From Balanoglossus misakiensis (Eukaryota > Animalia > Hemichordata), in NCBI GenBank assembly GCA_040954595.2, contig CM082578.2, positions 10,361,166 to 10,425,165 on the forward strand: a stretch of 64,000 nt of DNA. Reading direction: 5' to 3'. Made by a program: the position numbers and the translations under genes. The notes under the pieces were generated by a model. That model was not told the DNA's origin, made no database searches, and worked only from the letters and a program-made list of their open reading frames with translations. Positions 13,318 through 26,864 of this stretch are shown here, one piece after another (positions within the stretch are counted from its first letter, which is position 1; each line of letters begins with the position of its first letter).

Positions 13318-16300
13318 TTTCGACGCCCTTTGTAAAATATAAACTTATACCAAATGTCAAAAGACACGAAGAGCAACGGCAATAATTCAACAATGACCCG
13401 AATTGGTCAGCGGGGCGTTTCCTTTTGTCGGGTCTTCTTACTAATGAATGTTTGAAGACAAGCATAAATGAGTTATTAGATATGGTCGTGATTTCCAAAG
13501 AGATGAAGTGAGCCAGACCATTTCAGATATCTCCAAGTAGATCCTGACATGGTTGTATTCCCCTCTCCGAATGGCGGAATGGCGACTTCGCGGTTCCAGG
13601 CGACAGGGTGATGTTCCGCGACCGACCACTTACGAATTACCACTTAAGGAGCTGCGCAGCTTCTGTGGAATTATCGCTCGTGTACCGCAATTAAGTCCTC
13701 TTTGGGCTCGATACAGGCCGGCCTTTCCAGCCACAATGGTTACGTTTAATTCAGTGTCCAGACAAAGGTACAAGATTGGAGTCACAGACACGAAGGTAGA
13801 GGCTGCTTCGTCCGATGTCGCTGTCTTCCGTCGCACTGGTCGTGCTGGGTTACGGCCACCGACACGGTCTTGTTTGTGTTGTGAAGCAAAAAGGGTGGAA
13901 CCGGCTTTATCGACTTGCAGGCCCGCTATACGGTAATCCCGATTCATTGGACAGCAAGTAATCTATGGAGGAGAGGATTACCCTATCTCGACCCTGGGGG
14001 GGAAGCTGGACATCGGTTCCACCGCTAATCAGAGTGGCAGTTTCACGTAACCTGCATTGTGACGGACAATGTCTCGAAGAACTTCTCTAAGTACACCGCT
14101 TTCCTAATACGTACAATGCGTTCTCAGTCTTGGGGACAAACAATCAAGTATTGATCCCACCCCTATTTACGGATTTACCGCAAAACAAAACTCAAATACT
14201 CCCTCGAACCTCCCGCTGAAAGAAAACATTCAGCGTCTCTTTGGCCTCCACGATAGAAGGGAAGTTGCCCTATGGCTATCTAATTGATTACCACATGGCA
14301 AAGTTTCGCAGCAACCGACTTGACAGTAGCCAAAGATACAGGGCCGACGACAAGTGACTGTTTGTGTCATAGCGCAGCAAAGTAAAAAAATCAGGGCTTG
14401 TTTTATAATTTATGGCCATCCAGTGTGGCATTTATATCCATATTTAATTGCACATCGCGTGTACAGTTGTCCTTGAATGTTTGTTCATATATGCACTCCG
14501 CACGTCGTCTTCCACTGTTGGTCGAAGCTTATTGTTATAACCGATAACGTAGTACATTATGACCAGTTACATACAATGTTTCTGGCCAAAATTTACCTTG
14601 TTAAACAAGACATGAGATGAGGGCATTGCCTTATTCGAGTCGTGTAACTTACTACGCGACAGCACAAAACTGGTTTCTGTCAATTTGTGTTGGCAGTCCA
14701 GGTTTTCCTCCATCCTTTATGTGGACTCTTTTGGACCCGCGCGCAAGTCCGATGTGGTCGATATGGACTGAATAATTTTTTTATGAACACCGCCCTCTGT
14801 TGACTAATGGGCATGCTCTTTCTACTGTGCGAAAGCTGAAATGCAGGCAAAATGATGGCACGGTAAAAATGTTCTCCGTCTTGTCCAAATGATGTTTCTT
14901 CATTATATTACACTTTTAGTCCAGCCTTCTACTGCTGAGCAACGATGCTGTGTACACATACACTAGCGAAAAATAAATGGTTGCCTGAATAATTAAATTC
15001 CAACAAGATCTTTAATATTTGCTTTAACAAATACCATTAAAACTCATCTGTGACCTTCACTACCCCCTTCTTTATGTATCACATTCATATATGCATTCTG
15101 TAAATTATTATTATCATTAACCAACATACAAGTATCAACATATAAATTCTATAACATTTTTCTCAAAATAATACACCAAATATATCTTTAAAATTAATTG
15201 TAAATATACACCAGTGCTTCACAGTATCCAATGTACACATAATAGATTGGATGTGCTGATAGGGTACCTCGCATACAAGGTCTACAATACACTGTGTTCC
15301 CCATTTCACTATATTCCCGGTCAATTCATCTGGCATCACACAAAATACCAACACATCAATACTTCTTGGTTCAATTGACAATGGCAAGTATCAAGCAAGT
15401 CCATATAAACTGACTTCTGATGGGCCAACGTAACTCAAACTGGTCTCAAAATGTCACCGATTTCTACTTTTTTTGTCCACTCTTTGCATAATTACAAGGT
15501 CAAACACCAACAATCAATAGGAATGTTCACACACTGAATTTAACATTACATCCTTTACCACTAAACAGGTAAAATTCTATTGAGTACTGTAGCATGTAAT
15601 CAAACCGCTATTTTGCTAAGTTTGGTGAAAAATATCAAGGTGCATTGTGGGTGCAGTTTAGTCAATAAAAAATTTTTTTGGTCAATATTGCATTGTTTGA
15701 AAACTAATATTGCTGTAATAAAAAACTGTATAAATTTAGCACACAATCTCCCTAGAATGAAAGACTCACAGAAACAATGAAAGTCAGAAGATCAGAACTA
15801 CCAGGATGATAGCATTGCACAGAGAGAAGTACTAGAAATACGGAAGGATCTACTTGATGAATAAAATGCTTTGACCATTTTTGAATGCAATTATCTGACG
15901 ATGATTTAGAAGATGCGAAAGAGGTAAAAACTAAAATCAAACTTGGTTGACAGATTAAAATTTTCCGTGCAAGACAAACTCCTTGAAGTCATGCAAAGTG
16001 GCCTACAAGTTGAACTTTCCTGGACTAATTCACCAAATTCCAAGGAAACGATTGAGCAATAAACAGGTTCAGTATCAAAACCTGAGGATTTCGCCCGAAC
16101 ATTCCAGACCAACAATCAACCTAACACACTACTTCAATAACACTTTTACCTGGCACAATTGTCAACATTCAAGAAAACTCATACAGTAAACTTAAATGAA
16201 TTACCTGATACACAATAATGTGTAATTGCAATCATTTCCCCCGTTTTCAATATTGTTTATAATTTTTGTCTTGTTTTTGAATTTGTCTCTGAGTAAAAGC

Positions 16301-16565
16301 AGTTTCTCCACCTGCAAACCTCAAACATTTATTTTCAACATGGGCCAGGCATTCTAAAAATTTCATAACTATCCTATAACTGGAGGTAATTTTAACTTAC
16401 ATTTACAACACTCAAATTTTCCTGCCTGCTTCCAACTACGAAATCGAAGAAACATCAACGAAGACCATGCTGACAAATTTAGTACACATCTAAATTTAAG
16501 TTTTCTGAAAAACGACAGATGTTAGCCATGCTGTAGGCATCGGCTTCCCACTCCATCGGCACCAA

Positions 16566-19500
16566 TCACTGAACATTCCCGTCCCACTGCAAAGGACTGG
16601 CACCGGATGAGCCGGACTTCAACACGGAGTCCTCGCCCAGGATCTTGCAGAGTTCGTTCAACCTCTGCTGCATCTTGGGTATGCCGGACAGCTGCACTTC
16701 CAGTTTCTGTTTCTCCTCGTTGAGGGACAGCCTGGTCCTGGTGTCCAGCTCTTCCATGCGCCATCCGCCCTCCCCGTCAAACTGCAGCAGGTGGGTGTGG
16801 TACTTCCTGTAGAAGATGACAGAAAAAAACAAAAAACTGGTTGTTGTGTTTTTTCTCCCCCAATACACTCAATTAATAGGAACTCACAACAGAATTTTTC
16901 AGTAAACTTGTCACAGTCACAGAACTGCACAACTTGAGGAAGGGCAGATTTTTCTGGCATTATACAGGTCTGCATTAAAAATACACACAATATATGTTCT
17001 TACCAAAGCGACGGCCTGTGCGAGATGGTCAACAGCAGAATGCCCGAATCTTTAGCTGCCTGGAATATGCTGCCCTCAACGTCAATACTGACTGCACTGG
17101 TACACTCGTCGAGGAGAGCAAACTTGGGTCTGAAACAATCAAAGGACAAACAGTCAAAGGACATAAGTGGTCACACAGAAAATTTTGTAAGAGGATAATA
17201 AATAACAATCTTACTGATGGTAGAATATCCTGGCCATTCCCATTCTCTGCTTCTCACCACCAGAGAGAACGTCTTTCCAATCGCGTACAGCATCCCAACC
17301 TGGAAAACGACAACGGAATGAATATATTTATTAAATGTGAATTGAGAAAATCAGTAGTGCTTAGGATGTATGTGTAATATGCTTACTTTTTACCCAAATC
17401 AGACAATTATCTGTGTGTAATATAATATATGTTACCTCCTTCTCTGATCACAATATTTTGGAGATACACAGTGTTCAATATTTCCTCCAACCGTTCATCA
17501 GAGAATCCCTTCCTGTACATGTCTGCCACTGAGTCTGGATAGATCACCTGGTCTCGCAGTGAGCCTATGGACATGTAGGGTCTGTAACAGACATTGATTA
17601 TGAAATACATGTGATACACATGTATGTCAATGTGCACCTGGCAAAATATACTGTGGAGTTTGTCTGTGCTGTATACAATAGTCTGTTCCAGCAATCATAT
17701 AACATTAATTCAGTACCCAGAATACGACACCACACACTCTTCCCCCTCCACCATCCCACAAGAGAATATGACTGTTAATTAAAAAAACACCCTCTCCCTC
17801 ACCTCTGTGGTATGTAGTACATGTGTTTCAAAGCTGGCTTGATCATCTTGCCTTTGTAGACGGGCCACAGACCACCAAGTATCCGGAAGAGTGAACTCTT
17901 ACCGCAGCCGTTTGGTCCTGCTATCAACAGATGCATGCCATCACTCACCTAGTTCCAAAAAAATAGATAGAAAGATAGAAATGCCATCCTGTTGGAAGGT
18001 GACAATAAGCCATTTACCTGTACTATTTTAAATGTGGTGGCATAAAACCTATATTGAAAAATATGATGACATCATTAGCATATCTTGTTGCGATTGGTGC
18101 ATACTCACATTCAAGCTGAGACTGGACGTGATGACATCACCATTGGGCGTTATGATTGGAACATCGTCCAGGGATATTGTTGCCGTTTCTACTTCAGTGA
18201 CTTCTCCTGTTGGATGGAAAAAATGTGTGTATTTGCAAGATCTGGTTAAGCAAGTCCACAGTCAACAATAACAGAGCACTCATAAAGATAACAGAATAGT
18301 GAAAATTACACACAATGATTTATCCCAGTAATGGCTGTCAAAACAAGAAACGATGATAAAATGTCCTTTACCGTCAATCTCTAATGGTCCTTCGATTCTC
18401 TCCTTAGATTTCAAAGCTGTCTTGGGTTTGGACACATCACCAGCGGTTACCATGGTTCTTGAGTACTTTCCCTCACTAACGTCCTGGAACACTTTGATCA
18501 TGCCATGCACTCTGGATGTGTAGCCAACTAACTCCATTATCTACAAACACAACAAATGGTTAAAGGGAACGTTGTTCCTTTTATTTTTAGGAATTCACAA
18601 TACTTTCTGGCCATGTTTTGGAGCATTATAAAATTAAATTACAAAGCTGAAATCATATCGAGTAAAATTCACCAGATATCACAGTTTCTGTAAAATATTA
18701 ACAAAAAAATTAATGGTGATACTAAAGCTAACATGGGTTGTGGTTATCACTTGCTTCATTAAACATTTACCTCTTTGTAAGAAGACATGATTCTTTCAAT
18801 GGCATCAGCACTTGAGATCAGTAGATTTCTTGCCGTGGTAAAGGCTTCCGTTCTCTCGCTTACAGTCTCTGCCTCACTCAGTGGTACATCTAAAATCCAA
18901 AATGTGAATGTTTTATTTGAGTGACTGGCATGTTATTTCAAATAAGTGTCTTTTTGGAAGTGTGACCTAATATTACAGGCATTTTTCCTCTGATGAATTT
19001 TTCTTTCAAGTCACTGCTATCGCCTTCAAGGGGACTGTGTGTTGTGTACATGATAATAGTGCATATTCACCACTAGGGGGCGCTGTGTTGAACACCTCAT
19101 CAAAATAATTGAAAGTCGATGATGACAATCAGGTTCATTCAACAAACATCACTCCAACAACTCCACCACTACAGCACAAAACACAAACATGCTGGTTGTA
19201 GCTGAAACGAAAACAATGACATCAGTCCTTTCTTACCTGTCTGTCTTCCCGTGGCTGTCACCATGGGGATGGCCACCATCAGCATGCCGCTGGCACTCCA
19301 CACGTACTTCATCAGAAACTGCTCCAGCATGACGTACCACAGCTTCTGGCGGAAGATGAGGTCCATCTGGTCGGTGAGGGCCTTGTAGCTACGCTGCAGC
19401 ATATTCAATTCCACCTGGAATTGAAAGGTGTGACATAGACTTAGAAATGATACAAACGCTTTAACCTTCAAAAGTCAACAGACTACTTGTTCAATTTTTG

Positions 19501-21268
19501 TTATCTCAATTTTTATTAGTGAAACTGTTGAGAACCCCTTTGTACCCTTTTGCAACAATTATTCTTAACAAGGGCAAGGTCCTGATCCAAGTGGATGTCT
19601 GACATACAAATTCTGGTTTGATGATGATGATGATCATGATGGATATCATCAGTATCATATCAGTATGACCATTGATCAGCCCACTCACAGGGAAGACAAG
19701 CTCTGATTACATGGATGCATGGGTCAATCTGAGGGATCTTTGAGCTTTGGTCACTGGCCAGGGTCCAAGATAAGTGTGGCTAACCTTTGAACTTACACAC
19801 AGCTTGTAATCGTATGAGCCTGATTCTTGCATTATAATTCAACAAATGCACATGTATGCTTTTTGGGGGAGGGGAGTATATAATCTTTGCAGAAGTACTG
19901 GTAGATACCAAGTGATCATGCCCTCAAAAGTCATTTCCTTCCAAAATAAACGTGTCCCAAAACCAACAATTCATTAAATAGACAAAATTAAATAGGACAG
20001 CTTTGCACTGCCCAGGTTTTGACTTGCACCATGACTAGAGGCAATGTATGGTTGGGTACTGTTAATGGTAATTAACAGGCAACATATGGAGCAACAGCAA
20101 CTTGCCATGGGACCAGGCAATTATGGAACTGTTCCCTTGCCATGCAGTGGGACACGTTGGTGACTTTTTCTACCTTTAATAAAGGACAATTTGATATCAG
20201 AATGAGTTTGTTCATTTTGACATATGCACTTTGAGATGGCTTGGTGTGGAAGGATGAGTTGGTTTGGGATGATTTAGTATCAAAAAGTGACTATGAAACC
20301 ATAATGATAGATTCTTTTTTTAATTAAAACTTTACCTTATGTCCTCCATAGAATGCAATCTCTTCTGCATTTTGGATAACCCGCGAGTGAACATATCTAA
20401 GGTAACCCTTCCTCTGTGCCTCTTCAGAAACTAGTTTGCCGAAGTTTGGTGACACAGCCCTGAGGATGATGGCTGTTAAGTAGACGGCTGTCCCTGCAAT
20501 CAGTCGCGGCGTTCCCGTGTTGGCTCCCCCTTCTGTCGCAAGGGAACTGAGGGTGTACCCCATCAACGCGATGTCCAAGATCGGCTTCGTCAGGTGCGAG
20601 TACAGGTGAGATATTGACTGGCAGAACATTGTTATGTCCTCTGTTAGGTTCTGGTCGGCATTTTCTAACCGGCCGTCCATGTTGCTAACTCGGTAGTAAG
20701 TTTGGTTGTCGAAGTACATCTTGTAGGAGTAGTCAACTAAACGCGTGCGAAATGCCAGAGCAAGTTTGCTTTCAAGGAATCGAATCATGCTGTTAACAAA
20801 AGAGGCTGGTATGGCAATCAAGACCCACTTCATAAGTATGATGGTGAATCCGCGCACATTGCGTTTTACTATATTTTTGGTCAACCTGCCATCGAGTTCG
20901 GCGACATAGATTGACAGAAACGTTCTGGCTACCAATGTAGCAGAATGCATCAAGAGCAAAAGGAACTCTTTGCTCCATAATCGAGGTATGACAATCTTAA
21001 CTAGCATACGCAAATTGTTGAAAAAGTTTCGATCGACAATCTGCGTTTTTCTACGTTTAGGACCATTTTCATTCTCACCGGCCTTTTCCGCAGTTTCCGG
21101 ACCTTGTGACTGCCGTCTATTCGGATCTGGCGATCGTACCCACTTGCTCAGCACCGGGTAATATTTTTTGACGGCATACGCGGCTACCAGCGCTATTGCT
21201 GTTCTTCTGACAATTTTGGGATTGTTGCTAATCCCGTTCGCAATCTTCGACAGTTTGGAAACTGACAT
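16566..21268 (-). CDS. ABCD2: Peroxisomal very-long-chain acyl-CoA ABC half-transporter, ABCD1/ABCD2 co-ortholog, about 746 aa, 10 exons
   Basis: Exons: 21268-20336, 19414-19237, 18889-18771, 18540-18372, 18206-18109, 17948-17803, 17581-17436, 17299-17215, 17129-17004, 16806-16566 (2241 nt). Motifs [19 protein letters not shown], Walker [25 protein letters not shown], Walker [20 protein letters not shown]. Confidence 0.97.
19060..19084 (+). promoter_or_regulatory. CTCF-binding motif in ABCD intron 2
   Basis: TGCATATTCACCACTAGGGGGCGCT is a near-perfect CTCF core with an upstream TGCA module. Confidence 0.65.
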
Positions 21269-21517
21269 GATGGAAAAACCTCGCCAATGTGCCAACTCTA
21301 CTCGCAAGAGTTCATCTCAGGATCAAAAGCCGGCCATTATGTACGTTTCAGACTTTTTGATCAATTGCGCATGTGTTAAACAACATTTCTACTTCCGGAT
21401 GACCTTTCTGAGGTCATGAACTTTCTGTCGTCTGCAACAGTTGTAAAGACAGTCAGCTTTCCTGCTTCATCATAGTTCGTGATCGATCGTTCACAACGTT
21501 GATCTGGGAAAGTAACG
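21269..21517. promoter_or_regulatory. Compact bidirectional promoter between ABCD and the REDIC1-like gene
   Basis: Divergent ATGs about 250 bp apart in CpG-retaining DNA. NRF1-like TGCGCATGTG at 21366, ETS ACTTCCGGA at 21391, nuclear-receptor half-sites at 21400-21422. Confidence 0.75.
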
Positions 21518-24500
21518 ATGAACTGGGTGGGAGGAGCTAGGTAAGGAATTGGTCAATTGAGTGATTCAAGTTTTTAATGTCCCAAATCTTATTGTCTGTC
21601 AGGGGAGTGGATGTTTACTGTAGAAAATGTCGTCTGCTGTACAAGCCACAATGGCCCACCCCTACTAACAAATATACATTTTACAGTAAAACCTCATTTT
21701 GTTTTTACATTCATAAGAAATAGGGTAAGACTCAAGGATGTGAAGAAACAGCAGAAGGTATGGACTTATTTTTTACACACAGTATTGAAAACGACACGGA
21801 CTGTGAGGGTCGTATGTACTTATACTTGAAATAGACACAAAATAAAGTAGGCTGCTGATCGCACGAGGGAGAAAATTAGAAGCGATGAAGTGTAGGGGCA
21901 TTCTGTTCTTTTTTGTGAAATAGCCGGTTGTTTTGTTGTCTGCTGGCTGTTACACAGTGACACACCGCTGATCAACACTAGTCTGACCAAGAATGGCATA
22001 AAGTCAGTACTGTAACATAAGTTCATAAAGTGTCCGTTTCGAAACTTAGACTGATGGATGGTTTTGCTTTTTGTGGTTTGGCTTATTACTTCTCACCACT
22101 ACCCGAAATGATCAATAATATTGTCTGCAAATTTCCCCAATCTTGTCATGTATATCTTTTATAAGGAATACTTTGAGAGAAAACGTTTTTCAACCAAAGT
22201 TGAGAGAGCAAAAGTTTTTAATTCACCAAATGGAGGAAAGAAAGGCATCAGTTTTGATTTGTTGTCACTGCAAACAGTTATGAACTCCCATGGCTCAAAA
22301 AACAGAGGTGAGTATTCTTTTTCTTTAACATTCTGGTATGGAAACTTTTACCAAATAGACGTTGAAAATTTGTGTTTAAATAAAAACAGTAGTTAGTCAG
22401 CATATAACAACAGCACTTAAGCATAAACCTGTTACATACCGAGGGTACACTTTACAACATATAAAATATGTGTTCTTTCAATGTTTACATATAATGTGTC
22501 AATTTCTATTTTTAGATCATGAAAATAATGTGCCCACAAATGTCACAAGGATCAACTTAGACAAAGTCAAGCCAGCCTTTAGAAGATATGAAGATCTTGA
22601 ATTGCCAATGTCACCATGCAAAGTACCATCAAGATTACAGTTAGCAGATACACCAGAAAGGTACAATAAGACTAGTTTTTTATTATATTACTAGACAAGA
22701 GGGCAAAATCATTTTCAGTCTGGTAATTAAGAACTAAAGACATGTATTTTGCATTTCTTTTATTAGAAACCAGAAAACCTGTGTTCATACCAGGAAAGAT
22801 GACAACAGTTCACCACCTTTGACTAACAACAATCAGAAAAATGTGAGAAGAAGTGTCTTCAACCATACTCATGCAATGCAGCAGTCCAGCCCAACTCTTA
22901 ACAGGAAGGCAAACATCAGGCATGATAGCGGGAAGAGCACATTGGATGAGGTAGGTTTCACTAATAGGCAAATGAACACCCAAACAAAACATCACACCAG
23001 AAGTCTGAAATATATTCCATGATTTTTTACTGTTAAAAAATCTATATCTTTGATTTATTTACAGTACTCCATCCAGAAGTAAACCAATATCAGATAACAC
23101 CTAGTAAATGATTTAAACATACAACCAGCCTTGCTAATTCTGCAGAAATTTTCTTACCAGATATGTACTGTCAAACAGCCATTGTCAGAAGTACTTGATG
23201 AAAGGAAGGATTTAAGTATTACGAGCCAAGGAATAAGAAGACCCCCGCCATTACCAGAGGCAAGTCAAAGTAAAGCTCTTTGAAAGCGAGCAACAGTAAT
23301 CAATTTCTATTATCATGTTTCAATTTTACGTTGTTCACTTTCAGTAACCATGTTTCCATTCCTCTGTAAACAGAAAAGGATTGATTTATTTTTCTCTTGT
23401 AGACCCCATACTTGCCTTATTCTCAGCCAGCGCCAAAGAGTCTGTTTCATTACAATGCAATAAATTGGAAGAGAAAGCATTCATCCATAAGATACTCACC
23501 AAATGAAACTCGCGAAGAATTGGAACCAAATCTGAAGAAGCCTTTCCTGACAGAGGATCATCATCAGATTTGTGGCTCAGTCATGGATCATAACAAACAA
23601 AGGTGAGAGGTTCCTATGCCAAGAATTATTTTAATTTGCTCATGAATACTGAATAACAAAATTAATGTCTTCTCGTATCTTCTTCTATCATTTACACATT
23701 AAAGAAAAACTAACATATTATGCAGCAGAGAAAGTAGTCCTGGATCAGACTCATCTGACTTTTCTTGGGGTGACACAGAAACTGCACTGGAGTCCCAGAA
23801 TTATGGTCATACTGACAACATAATCAACTCAAAGGTAATATTAGCTTGAAGTTTTTTTTAATGTTTGTATTCATTTATGTCTGCCTGTCTGTCTGTGTTG
23901 ACTTCATACATCAACTGGCAGTCTCATCAAAATTTTGGTAAAATGGCATAAAGATACTATGCATTTCATCCACAAGATGTATATATCATTCTGTTTTTTC
24001 TCTCTCTCAGGATAAATCAACAGACATAAATGTTTCACAAAAGAGCACAACACCACAATCGAAATGTGAAATGAATTCATTGAGAAACTGTGGTGTGTTG
24101 GCAATGAAGACTCCATCACAAGCCTTCAGAACTCCAGTTAACAGTGATAAGTGTATTACATCGTCACCTGACCTTCAGTGTCTTGAGAGTATGAGCGATA
24201 TTCTGGCTGGTGACAAGTTTCTGAAGGTCAGCTCTCTGCCCGTGTGTCCCACTCCCAGTGTTTCACCTGAACAGCGCAGCAGTGTGATTCAACGCGGAAA
24301 CGACGCTGTAACTAGAAGCTACCAGCAGAACCTACAGAACATGATGGTGCAGTGTAACAGCTTGTGGAGGGAAAACTCAACAGTGCAGGATCGTAGCAGC
24401 AGAGCGCTTGGAAAGATGGACAAAGCCCAAGACAACAAGTGGAGAGACTTCATCAAGAAACCTGGGCCATTGATAGACAGTGATGTCAAGCAGAGCTGTA

Positions 24501-26864
24501 CACCCAGGAGTGGTTCAGATAAAGGTGCAGAAGAGAGAACAAATCCTGAGATGGCGACCAAGGGGGAACCCTGTCAATCACTTTTATTAAACAGTGATGA
24601 AAGCAGTGATGTACATCAACTTCCTAATATGGAAACAACAGATACTAGACAAGGTACTTCAACATTTCCCAGACAGTGCATATTGCATTTTATCCAATGA
24701 TGACTTTTAGATTAAACTGTACAAACAATAACTACAAAACAAAATACATATGTAGCTTTTGATTGTGAGATTTTGTGATCTTCATTACAGGCATCACTGA
24801 AAGTGATGACAACACCAAGCAGAATGAAGATGAAGCCAGAAAAGAAGTATTCAAGTATTTACTAGATGAGCCAATGCTACAAAGGTACGACAAAAACAGC
24901 CACTTTTGTTTCTTCTTTTTTTTTGCTACCTGTCTGTACACATTAAATTTCAAGAAGGTATATTCAATCTCCACTTCAATTTTTGACCAGTTATTTGATA
25001 TGATTAGCTGCGTAAAAAAGCTGTATTAAACTGAGTTGTATACTGTTGTCAACGTCTTTGAAAATCTACCACAGTATTAACAAAATCCTAAATATCAGCC
25101 AAACTGGTTACTGTGCTCTATATTTCTAACCCAAGGACATAACATGTGTTAAATTGACTTTTTATACTAGGGAAACTAAAGGTGAAGATTTAGATGTTGA
25201 AATGAAGCTTGCTGAGGAATCCATGAAAGAGGTAATGGCCTCTCTGAACAGATTTAATAAAAGAGTATGTAAATACCAAAAAATAGAGGTGGCTGTTTAC
25301 AAGAACAGCCCAAGAGGTTTGTCTGTGTGCATGCAGAGTTGACTCTAACCGCATGCTTCTATCCGCAGGTGATGACTTTGGATGAAGTTATCAGTGAAGT
25401 GGACAGTGTTTCTCAATCGCAACAACCTTCAGAAGAAAATGTCTTATCAGGTATTTCGCCAGTCTTAACTCACAATACAGCTTTGACGTTGAGCAAACTT
25501 ACCATTACACAGACAAGGATGATATTGCATTAGTTCTGTCGGTGTTTTAGAATTACATGCATACAACATCAAATTTCTGACTACGATTGTCACCTGAGGG
25601 CGCAATTTTACAATTTCACAACAGGTACTCAGGAAATCACCTACTTCGGGGATGAACTGAAATTCCAAGTGCCAGAGCTGTCCCTAGAAATGCTAAGTGA
25701 TAACCAAGTAAGTACTAGTGCATGTAATGCTAGCAGATATTAACAATCCTGATACAATGGATGTATTGGGTACTGTATAAAATGTACTGATTTTTTGTAA
25801 AAAGTTGAAAGATCTTGCATGATCCAGGCTTAAAAATCACACAAGCCGTTGCTCTATTTCACATAAGCCTTCACTTATAATTAAATAATTAAGTGCTTTT
25901 TTTTCTTGGAAAGGGACCTGAACTAGTCAGTCATCTGAAAAACACAACAAATGTTGTCCAGACTAAGTGTAACACAGTTGCAGAAAAGTTTGATGCCGAA
26001 GCTGTATCTCTTGAAAATGCAAAGTGTCAAGATGGAGCTGAAAATGAAGGCGTCGCAGCGAACAGTCAACAAGGGACACCTGTGAAGTCTAGTCAAACAA
26101 CATCAGATGTGCATGGTGATGGAACTTCTGATCAGCGTGGTAAGATAAGCTATCCAGATGCTGACAGACCCGATACGGTACACCATAATGTAAACAGCAG
26201 TGAAGTGGCAAATAGCTCGACCGATGAAAGTGATGGATGCATTAAAGACACAACCTCTACAGAAGTTGCTGTCCATTGCCAGAAAAATACTGCATGCATC
26301 CAAGAAACTGTATCAGCAGAAAATACTTCAATCACCGGAGATGATGCTTCACAACAAATGGAGTTTGATATAACAGGGGTCGTTCAAACCATGGATACAT
26401 GTGGTGGCATTCCAGATGGGAAAGAATCAGAGTCACTAACACACGGCAGCTTCAATTCCACGAAGACATCAGGTTTGACCGAAGAGGGTTCTTCATCAGT
26501 AACAGAAAGCTGTGAAGCAAAGAGCCCACACGATTCCCAACTCCCAATCTCGGACACTCACAACATGCAGTTTGCTGTACACGAAGTGCAAACTGAGACT
26601 GTCCATGTAAAAGATGCCTCAGTGCAGTGCTTAGCAATTTCCCAGACAACAGACACTGGCACATCATGCCAGCTACTGAACGAGTTGAAGTGCCCTACTT
26701 GTAACAAAGACATTGGGCTTCATCAAACAGAGAACAGAGCCACACAGACTGACACTTTATTAACAAAGGAAAAAAGTGTTCAATTTGAGTCAAACGACAT
26801 TGATACCCAAATAAGAAATCTCAAGTATAGTTTGAGAGCAAGAAAAACACACATTAAAAAATAG
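21518..26864 (+). CDS. REDIC1: REDIC1/C12orf40-like (DUF4552-type N-terminus) meiotic crossover regulator homolog, about 956 aa, mostly disordered
   Basis: Exons: 21518-21540, 21718-21757, 22166-22307, 22516-22660, 22767-22950, 23146-23259, 23403-23602, 23726-23834, 24011-24653, 24791-24884, 25171-25231, 25369-25450, 25625-25707, 25914-26864. Spliced N-terminus MNWVGGARNRVRLKDVKKQQKEYFERKR...ISFDLLSL...ELPMSPCKVPSRLQL matches the recalled C12orf40 signature (MNWVGGSR...KQKEYFEK...SLDILNL...MSP..VPSKL). Middle exons are less certain. Confidence 0.85.

Noticed and set aside
12814-13342. Plus-strand 159-aa and 102-aa ORFs
   Set aside because: Antisense shadows of the GC3-rich 217-aa gene.
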